A DNA stretch of 64,000 nucleotides from Hemiscyllium ocellatum (lineage: Eukaryota): contig NW_026867509.1 of NCBI RefSeq assembly GCF_020745735.1, positions 682,001 to 746,000 on the forward strand, read 5' to 3'. The notes under the pieces are model-generated. The model was not told the DNA's origin. It was given only the letters and a program-made list of their open reading frames with translations, and ran no database searches. The position numbers were made by a program, and so were the translations under genes. Of this stretch, positions 37,851 through 47,642 are shown in pieces (position 1 is the first letter of the stretch; every line of letters starts with the position of its first letter).

Positions 37851-40670
37851 TTGAGCCGGTCGCTACATACTGCAGTATATCCTCCACGTTAGGAATGCCG
37901 TTCAGAATAGAACATTCATTCCTGTCTGTTCCGCTGGATCAGATGTTTGGCGTCAGCTTTGTCCATCCAAGCAACACAGTTACAGTTTCTCTGCACTGTA
38001 AATAAGGCTTTTTCATTCAATCTTCCAAAACAGATAATATTCAATTAATGATCAATTCAACGACTTCACCCGGTTCTGATAAAATGGATTGTTCAATTTT
38101 CCATCCATCCGTCAATTTTCCTCTCCTTTCCATTGCCTGTGAAATTGATACTTAATGGAAAAGAGTCAGAGAGAGAACATTCAAAAGCACAAAGGGAGGT
38201 TGTGAAATTGATTTGAACGGACCTGATAAATTCTTGGGAAATTTCCCAGAAAATTTGAGTAAGAACAGCCGTTGGATTGTCATTGATTCATGACTTCTTA
38301 TCTCATAATCTTCACAATAATCTGGCCTCTATTGAAGGAGATACGGGCAGGGAAGGTAGAAGGACAAGAAGTGGGCTCCTATGTTCCTACTGGAATGTTG
38401 ATATAATCTCTCGAACCATCCACCTCCGTCAACCGGAAGAAACAGGGCAGAAGATCTCACACTTTCCGCTTCAAATCACCCAATGTCCTGTCTTGTGTAG
38501 CATCCTGTACTGGAGGTATCGATTACCAGTCATATCAAGTAGTTCTTTCCAGCACGGAAAGAATGTCTTCGGCCCAGAATCAATGCATCAGCTTGAGTGC
38601 CTCTACTCAAGAACTGGATCCAAAGCCTCTCTGTGAGACGGAACACCTTCATTACTTGGTCATGTTTGTAAGATTCAAACAAAGTGCAGTGGTATTCGGA
38701 TAAAACTACAGCCTGGTTCCAGCAAAGAAAGGATGCCTTCAACCACTCCTCTGTCCGTGTTACATTCCCATTCTTTACACTTCACTCTTCAATTTATACT
38801 GCCTCACGTCGTTCTTCAACAAACATATTGTTACAGAATTTTGACACCAGGGATAATAAAATGAAACCAGAACCTCTTAGCTCTGTAATAAAAGCTCTGA
38901 CAAAGTACAGTGACCTGATCCAGTAAACGGATAATACAGCCACTTAGTTCCAGCTCTATTGTAACAATCTGTGTCTTTGGACTTACATTGGTACAGCTTA
39001 TTGCATTCAATCAGTGATCTGGTCTCAATCAATAACAACTTGAAGACTGAGCTTTCACGTAACAAAATGGCTCGGAGTTTCACAGGTACTTCAGGCCATA
39101 CTAAATGACATGACGAAAATCTTGGCCAAAGTGATCAGTTGGAATGAGTGTTTGCAAGTAGGACAATGAAAGAAAACGTTTTCAAATATTTCAGGAGAGA
39201 ATTCCAGATTTAATGATCCAAACAGTTCAAGGCATGGTCAGCAACAGTAGGATATTCAAAATCACTGACGGAGTTTCCGGAAACGGTGTTTCTATGCACG
39301 TGGGCACATAGCCCAAAATATGCGGATACTGGCGATCTGAACTAATGACATTCAAGTTTTAGAGAAATTCATCAGGTCTGGCAGCAACTATAGATCACGT
39401 TGCAAAAGTCAATCCTTTGAATCGGAACATAAAATATTACTGTCTCTGTGAATGCTGCCAACCCTAATGAGTTTCTCAAACACTTCCTCTTTTAATAAAA
39501 GTCTTATACTATTCTTGTTCATTGACGTGTTATAAACTGAGTGCCACCCTGTGTAGTGAGTAGGTATTCACTTTAACAGACTTAAACTCCTCTGAATCTC
39601 AATGTTACACTCAGAACAGGTTTTAGTAGAGGTTTGAGGGGAAAACAAACAAAAAGCATCAACACTTAAACCTGGAAAGAACAGAAATGATGGCAGTCAC
39701 AACAGATCACACATCATCAGTTTTTGGAGAAGTCTGAGATGAAATTCCTTTAGAATGGTCACCTCCCACCACGAGCACTAAACCCTGGTCCAGAGAGGGA
39801 GAGTAATGAGGCTTCGTCAGATTAATTATTGGAACAGTCGGATTGTACCGACGTGAAGCTCAGACAGCATTCTCCACAGTTCAGAAGAATGCGTGGTAAT
39901 CTTGTTAAAACTTGGGACATCTTTCTGAGTTAAATTTGAACAGCAGTCACAAAGGACTGTTGCAGAAACTGCCTGTTTAAGTTTCTGAGAATGTTTGTTC
40001 GTCTTGTAAATTATCTATGTTCAACATAACTTTCTCACTGGATGATATCATTTTGTATTCCGAGCCTTAATTGCAAGACCGAGTGAAGCCATAAGGTTTC
40101 AGGTTTAGTTTTCCTGATCAGATGTTTCACCTGGGTCCCACTGAGGTGTTCAGTATTAAATCATCTCCAGAAATGTTGAATTAACATGAGATCGGGGCGA
40201 GGCAGGGAGTTATAAGAAAGTGATGCTGGGAACGATCGAGTAGTGAATATTGTTCTTGGTTTCTCCCAGCATCATCGCTCGATATTCTTTGCTCAACACA
40301 CAAGACTAAATAAAAACACAGACTGAGTACCCAGCTAATTGACGCGTGGCCAGGAAGGGCTGCAGTGATCACTGGCAGAAAATGTCCCTACCATCATCCC
40401 CACACCACCCCTTGGGCTTTGAGCGAACATGGGAGGTGATTACTACGTCGCTTACAGAGCTGGTGAAGTGACGTAAAACTATAGGCTACCTCTTCAAACC
40501 TGTCTCAAGTACAGAGATCTTGAAGTAGCTCGGCCGATCAAATACATCATGGACACTGCAGCTAGCAAATCGACTCCATCAATCTGAATAACTTCCGTCC
40601 AGGTCCCCATACAGGCTTCTGGAGTAATCTTCCCTTTCCCATCATCAAACTACCAGATCCAAACACAGGA

Positions 40671-41417
40671 ACGCGGGTACACTTCTTCGTTTGATCCTCT
40701 GTGTCTGTTTACCTTGTGAGTATCGATCGCAGAAACCAACTTTGCGTGAAATCAAAACTTCACTGCTGTCGATTTCGCCCGCATTCCAGCAGAGTCTGCA
40801 ATTTTAACCATGTTGTGTGTATCAGTTCTAAAGTCCACTCACTTCCCTCTGTTTAAATTCCAGGTTATTTCAGTCAGTCCGTGACACAGAGCCTAGTAGT
40901 GGTGAATAGGAAGGAGTGCCAGTCTCTCACCATCAACTGTGTTTTTAAAAATCATAATTCTTGTCATTACTTTGAGAGTGAACAATTCTTTCGTCAAACG
41001 CAGGCAGCGCAGGGAATGCGAGCGGACAACAAGCGATGGAAGATGTGTTGTGTTCAGTCATTCCAGCAGAATCTGCAATTTTAACCATGTTGTGTTAATG
41101 TCCTAATGTCCGCTCACTTCTCTCTGTTTAAATTTCAGTCAGTCCGTGACACAGAGCCTAGTAGTGGTCAACAGGAAGGAGTGCCAGTCTCTCACCATCA
41201 ACTGTGTTTTGAAAGTCATAATTCTTATCACTATTTTGAGAGTGAATAATTCTTTAGTCAAACGCAGGCAGCGACGGAATGGAAGCGGATCACAAGCGGT
41301 GGGAGATGTGTTGTGCCCCTGAATAAAGCAAAAAATACATTTTCGTTGTAAATTTGGGATATCAGAGCTGAAGACACCTCCACCGATTACTGTAATGCTC
41401 GATACTGGTCCGGTATA
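40671..41417 (+). pseudogene. NAR-TCR V (IgNAR-like) pseudogene, cassette 2, with an internal 277-bp tandem duplication
   Basis: Decayed leader ending ..LILCVCLP-t|gtgagt (40715); acceptor at ~40863. Composite reading: CYFSQSVTQSLVVVNRKECQSLTINCVFKNHNSCHYFESEQFFRQTQAATEWKRITSGGRCVVPLNKAKNTFSL*IWDIRAEDTSTDYCNARYWSGI. The short C-to-C distance and ISxGGRxVxxxNK motif are IgNAR-like; F replaces the FR2 Trp. Confidence 0.88.
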
Positions 41418-41456
41418 TACATTGATGGGCCTCGGCTTCCCGTCGCTCCAAGACTC
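41418..41456 (+). other. Decayed 23-bp RSS of NAR V2
   Basis: tacattg - 23 nt - ccaagactc. Confidence 0.5.
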
Positions 41457-41746
41457 TGACGGGAGACTATTATAGAAAGAAATTGAAAACGGAGGCAATC
41501 TATCCAGAAATTCCCACATTGCTGCCTCGCAGCTTCTGTCCCAACGTCTGAGTCATTTTAAAAAAACATTCTGTGTTTCACAGATGCCAAGTGTGTTCGA
41601 ATGGTGATCCCGCTGTCAAGACTTGTGTGGATGAATGGAACTGATCACAGTTAAAGGATACTGACGTGGGTGGATATCCTGTTCTAACAACTGGAATTGG
41701 GAATTTCAGTTCAGCTGTAATGTCCCAAATCTCAACTAGTCTTGGG

Positions 41747-41818
41747 AAGTTTTACACAGATTTATGGCACTGTGCCAATTTGGAAGAAAGCACAGTGAAA
41801 GGAGCCCGAACAAATAAC
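41747..41818 (+). other. D segment (16 nt, 41775-41790, ccaatttggaagaaag) flanked by 12-bp RSSs
   Basis: Perfect CACTGTG (41768-41774) and CACAGTG (41791-41797); 3' spacer 12 nt then acaaataac; 5' nonamer weak. Confidence 0.85.
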
Positions 41819-42125
41819 TCTGCACAATTAAAATATAAATTCGCCAGCACCAATATCGATTGTTAGCTTGAAGTTCACTTCGCTGTAATGTCGGCTGATA
41901 CCTTAACACTCCCTTGCAAGCACATATTTCTTTTTTCGATTCTTCTCATCTGATATGATGTGAACATCCACCTTCTGTATTCCAGTGCCATTTGACAGAA
42001 GATCAGGTGACCTGAGACAAAGGAAACTTGACCACAGAGAATATTGCCTATCTATCCAAATCTCATGAAACAATAGTTTGGTCAAGCATCGTGTTAATGA
42101 TTTTTCGATCGTTTGAGGTACAACT

Positions 42126-42220
42126 GGTCCTTGTATATTGGAGGCTGAGAGGAGCATGATTGTGTCATTATGATTAAGTAGATGGATCAGGAATGGCCGT
42201 GACTGTCACAGCTGGTAAGT
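42126..42220 (+). pseudogene. NAR-TCR J segment (42165-42214) with 23-RSS, cassette 2
   Basis: ggtccttgt - 23 nt - gattgtg, then HYD*VDGSGMAVTVTA-g|gtaagt; contains an in-frame TAA. Confidence 0.85.
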
Positions 42221-42929
42221 GACTCTGCATTCCATCTTGCTCTGATTTATGTTGCTGAACGATCGATTTATTGTTATTATCAAAGTAACTAAAGCAAATA
42301 CTTTAGAAGGAACGGATTCTGTTACAGTGTCCAAGTTGAGAGCAGAATATTCGAGTCAGGTCCTGATTTCCACAAGCAAAAGAATGAATGACACCTGGCC
42401 CTAGGTCGGTGGTTTCACTGCACCTCGGGCATCTCTGGTCTAACAGGTCAATAGAGGGTGACCATCAATATGGCGAGCAGGTGCTTAAATGAATGATGAG
42501 TACCGACCGTCTGGACTCCATTCCCGGAGTTATCTGTGATCGATGTTGCTCCTTCTGTTGCTTAGATCACAAGAGAAGGCTCACTGAGCTTTGTACCAGG
42601 CAGAACGTCAATCCCAAATTCGAAAAGTTCAACAAAAAACATTGTCCCACCAGAAAATCAGAAGATTATTCAACGAATTTCAGATACAAGAGACCTGGGT
42701 GTAAGTCAAGATGAAGACGTATATTTGAAGAATCGTTGTCAGGAATGATCGACTTGCTATTTATTTTCAGTTCATTTCATATGTGCATTCATCTAACCAA
42801 TCAAGTTCCCATTTTTCCAGCCTCAGGAATGCATGTGAAACTAGAAAGAATGTTTGCTTATTTAATTTGGTCTTTTGAGACATCGGTTTGCTGTAAACCA
42901 AATCTTAAACAAGGAATAAAGCGGGATAA

Positions 42930-44765
42930 AAGGGTTATGAAATAGCTTTAGCAAGCAGAATTAATGAGAATGCCAAAGTGCTTTGTTCTTATATAAGAAG
43001 CAAGCGAGTAACTAGGGAAAGGATTGGTCCACTAAAGGATAATGAAGTAAGGCTGTGTGCCGAACCTGAGAGAATGGCTGAGATTCTGAATGGTTACTTT
43101 GCATCAGTGTTCACTGAGGAGAGGAACATGATGCGTCTTGAGATTAGAGATAATTTTTTTATTAGTCTGGATCACGTTGACATAAGCAGGGAAGATGTGT
43201 TGGGTCAGCGAGAGGTTATCAAAGTAGACAAATCCCTAGCACTGGATGGGATCTATCGCAGGTTGCTGAGGGAGGCGAGAGAGGAAATAGCTGGGGACCT
43301 GACATATATCTTTGTGGCATCCTGAAATACAAGTGAGGTACTGGAGGACTGGAAGGTTGATCATGCTGTCCCCTTGTACAAGAAGGGTAGTTGGGATATT
43401 CTGGTTAACTACAGACCAATGAGCCTGACGTTGGTGGTGGGAAAGTTGCTGCAGAGGATAGTGAAGGATAGGATCTATTTATATTTAGAAAAGAATGGGC
43501 TAATCAGTGACAGGCAACGGGGTTTTGTGCGGGGAGATCGTGCATTACCAAATTAATAGAGTTCTTCGAGGAAGTGAACAAGTTGATGGATGAACGAACG
43601 GCTGTTCATGTCATATACATGGACTTTATTAAGGCGTTTGATAGGGTACGCCATGGTAAACTAATAGAGAAAGTGAAGTCACATGGTGTGCATGTGCTCT
43701 CGCTAGTTGGATAAAGAACTGGTTGAGCAAAAGGAGACAGAGAGTAGTCGTTGAAGGGAGTTTCTCGAAATGTAGAAAGCTGACCAATGGAGTTCCACAG
43801 GGGTCAGTGTTGAGGTCACTGTTGTTTGTGATGTACATAAATGATCTGGAAGAGGGCACTGTTGGCATGATCAACAAACTTGCAGATGACACGACGATTT
43901 CAGAAGTAGCAGAAAGCATAATGGACTGTCAGAGAATACAGGGGGATACAGATAGGCTGGAGAGTTGGGCGGAAAGGTGGCAGATGGTGTTCAATGCAAA
44001 TAAATGTGAGGCGATGAATTTAGGCAAGACTAATTCTCGAGCGAATTCTACAATGAATGGAAGAGCCTTGGGAAAAGTTGATGAGCAGAGAGATCTGGGA
44101 GTGCAGGTCCATTGTACCCTGAAGGTTGCTGCACATGTGGGTAGGGTGGTCAAGAAGGCATATAGTATTTTTGCCTTCATTGGACGGGATATTGAGTATA
44201 AGAGCTGGCAAGTCATGTTAAAATTGTATAAGATATTGGTTCGGCCGCATTTACAATACTGTGTACAATTCTGGTCTACACATTAGAAAAGAATGTGGAC
44301 GCTTTGGCGAGGTTGCAGAGATGGTTTACGAGGATGTTGCCTGGTATGCAAAGTGCTAGCAATGAAGAGAGGTTAGGTTTATTTTCATTAGAAAAAAAAA
44401 AGATTGAGGGGGGACCTGATAGAGGATTACAAAATCATGAAGGGTATAGACAGGGTGGATAGAGACAAGCGTTTTCCCAGGCTGAAGGATTCAATAACGA
44501 GAGGTCACGCGTTCAAGGTGAGAGGTGGAAAGTTTAAGGGGGTTACACGCGGCAAGTACTTCACATAAAGGGTGGTGGGTTTCTGGTACGCGTTGCCAGC
44601 AGAAGTAGTAGAGGCAGGCACGGCATATTCATTTAAGATGCGACTGGACAGATGCGTGAGTAGGTGGGGAGCAAAGGGATACAGATTTTCAGGAATTGAC
44701 CTTCAGGTTTGGGCAGTACATTTTGAGAGGCTGAGGCTTGAAGGGCGGAAAGACCTGTTTCTAAG
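42930..44765 (+). mobile_element. Decayed CR1 LINE (~1.8 kb of ORF2) inserted between NAR J2 and its supporting V
   Basis: GPLKDNEVRLC..MAEILNGYFASVFT; NYRPMSLT; NGVPQGSVL..LFVMYINDL; ADDT; RPHLQYCVQFWS. Confidence 0.93.
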
Positions 44766-45076
44766 CTGTAAATTTTCTTTGTTCTTGGATTATTTGTCTT
44801 CATAGACTGTCTCCTCAACTGACAGCGCAGCAGTTGTCTCACGAGCTCTGCCTGCCAGTTTGGTCTGAAAAAGCATTACCCATAAAAGCTGGGACCACTC
44901 CATCTGCCTAGCCAATTATTCCAATGGAATAAAGAACGCGTCAACATCATTCTCATCAAAGGGTTTTGATATGCTGATAACACATTAAAACATCACTGTT
45001 GAATCAGTTTCCAAGACATGTTTTGGCACATCATAAGAAGAAAATATGTAAAACAAAACGTCACCTCATCACCTCG

Positions 45077-45378
45077 TTAGATTAGATTTAGATTAGACTT
45101 ACAGTGTGGAAACAGGCCCTTCGGCCCAACAAGTCCACACCGACCCGCCGAAGCGCAACCCACCCATACCCCTACATTTACCCCTTACCTAACTCTACGG
45201 GCAATTTAGCATGGCCAATTCAACTGACCCGCACATCTTTGGACTGTGGGAGGAAACCGGAGCACCTGGAGGAAACCCACGCTGACACGGGGAGAACGTG
45301 CAAACTCCACACAGTCAGTGGCCTGAGTCGGGAATTGAACCCAGGTCTCTGGCGCTGTGAGGCAGCAGTGCTAACCAC
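45077..45378 (-). mobile_element. HE1-type shark SINE, young copy
   Basis: Minus strand gtggttagcactgctgcctcacagcgccagagacctgggttcaattcccg...; CR1-like tail gggccgaagggcctgtttccacactgtaagtctaatctaa; high identity to the 52645 copy. Confidence 0.9.
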
Positions 45379-45457
45379 AAGAGAGAACATATCAAAGTAT
45401 AGCATCAAGAAAATAAACAGAAACATTCCTGTGTTTTGCATTTTCTCCTTTCAACAG

Positions 45458-45805
45458 AGGATGAATAAGTGATGATGCTGAATGTCATCCTAAATATTCC
45501 TGTTCCCTGGTTTCTCGGGGTCGATCCCTACAAATATCTCCTGCCGGTGACACGGTTACTTTAAGCTGTGATTATTCAGGGATCTGCCCGTATGCAGTTT
45601 ACTGGTACTGTCAGTCCCTAGGACACTCTCCCAAATACACGATTCAAAGACAGACGTCAGGAGAGCAGAATAAAGAAAATGGTGAAGGCATACGAATTTC
45701 TGCATCCATTGATCCTGCAGTGAAAATCGGTTGGTCAATGATCTCACAAAAACAAGCAAATGACTCCTCTATGTATTATTATATACAGAGTCAGCACTCA
45801 GCACA
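45458..45805 (+). pseudogene. Leaderless 'supporting' TCR-delta V of NAR-TCR, pseudogene
   Basis: Acceptor tttcaacag in phase with J2 and no leader exon. Reads ED E*VMMLNVILNIPVPW.. then (frameshift) AGDTVTLSCDYSGICPYAVYWYCQSLGHSPKYTIQRQTSGEQNKENGEGIRISASIDPAVKI...NDSSMYYY. It has an extra CDR1 Cys; the second canonical Cys is lost. Confidence 0.88.
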
Positions 45806-45844
45806 GACAGTTGTATGCAGTACGGAGAGAGCTGCACAAAAACC
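45806..45844 (+). other. 23-bp RSS of the supporting V
   Basis: gacagtt - 23 nt - ACAAAAACC (perfect nonamer). Confidence 0.8.
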
Positions 45845-47642
45845 TGAACACGCTGGGAATTACACATGGAGTTCACAGATCACTGAGAGAGCTCTCAGAT
45901 AACCGATAAATTCGATGTCATTCAGTAAAATGGAGCCAAGTGGATGAGCACTGCCTCCACAAAACATCTCTCCCTGTGTCATACATGCTCAGTAACGGAA
46001 TCTACACAATGCACTGCAGAAACATAGAACTTTGGAACATGAGTGAGCTTCGTGGACACTGTGAATAGATTTTGAATATGACCGAATAATCTTAAATTAT
46101 TTGAATTATAGATGCGACTCCATCTTTATTCGTGAGTTACCAGACCTCATTATTATCTTGCTGATGCCTGTCAACTTAAATGCCATTCTGGCTATGACTC
46201 CATTATTACTTCCCCAGGTACTAAATATTACCTTACTCGCTCTATCTCATTCATCATTGTTTTTTTTTAATTGAAACTAATGTTTATGCCAGTGTCACAC
46301 GCTTATCGGATTCACACATTCAAAATGTTCTCTCTGGCATATTTTGGTTCTAAGTACGCTCTGATATGCTCACTGTTTCAACAGACTCTGGTTGTAATGT
46401 ATCTAGAACGTGCCTCCTTGATGAACATACTGAGAACACAATTATTAAATGCACGAGATCCTACCATTGGTTGTGCAATTGCAATGTTTAAGGAATCAGT
46501 TTCTGTCTCTAATTATTTTATAATTTCTGTCATTCCACAGTTATTTTACAAACAGTTCATTTATTTATTTCCATGAGACTAGATGGTGAATGAACTAATA
46601 GTATGTGTTAATGTTTATGCTTAGTTTCACTGCTTAATTTCTATCATTTTTGCTCACATTATGTCGCAACTGGTCTCTGTTTGTAATAAGCTACACCACA
46701 TCTCTGTTTCTATTAAACCAGGCCCTATTTTAGTTGTTCTTTCTCTGCAGCGTGTTGATGGCACCATATATTCACATACTATTTATTGGTTTCGATCGTG
46801 TGTGAAATCGTTTGGAACCTGGATAAAATGATACGCCATTCTTTTAATATTACAAGACCTCTGTCCCTCTGAAAACTGTAAATGGTTTAATCTCATTTGC
46901 TCATGCACAACGATACGACGCTTCCTGCAATAAATTAACCATGCCTGTGTAGTCGATGAACTTGGCACTATACTTTGAAGCAAACTTCCAATCACTCCTT
47001 AACCTGATGTTTCTCTCGTTACATTAAGTATTGAAAATGGTCAACTGTTTTTGCAGCAGAAACGCTCGACAGAACCTTCAGCATTTGAACGCCTTCTTGC
47101 ATTTGTGATTCATCGGACCAAATGAAGAATTTTTCAGATTCAACGTTACTTAAATTTGCATTTGATGGTCGGCACAATGTTGAGGTGGTTTGTTTGTTGA
47201 ATGTGATTTTCCAAACCTTCAACTGTAAATTTATGGAAACGTTGAAAAAATGTTAAAATATTAGGCACTAAAACACATATAAGTGAAGCCAACGATGAAG
47301 TAAATTGACGCTTAAAATGAAGAAAAATCTGGGAAATGGCAGAAATGGGAAGAAGAAAGAGGCTCAACTAAGTATTTACCAGCAGCGGAATCAGTACTGA
47401 AAGACTCAACAACATATTTTGTGCATTGTGAGCCTGTCCCCGAAGGGAAATACAGTTATTCGCCTTGTTGGAAGGCATGAGCAGTGACGTAATCTCTTTG
47501 TTCAAAGAAATGTAAGTAAGCTGTGTGCTGTACCTTAATTGTCCCTCTTGCGACTATCACTCTGAATAAATGAGGGGCCATTTGAATATGTCGCAGAGCA
47601 ACCCTCCACAGCGACAACAACTCCTGCAGTTTCTGAACGAAG

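Noticed and set aside
41391-41460. Germline-joined NAR VDJ (YCNARYWSGIYIDGPRLPVAPR looks like CDR3 plus J)
   Set aside because: A separate D and J lie downstream, there is no splice donor, and a decayed 23-RSS (tacattg-23-ccaagactc) overlaps the J-like text at the same position as in cassette 1.
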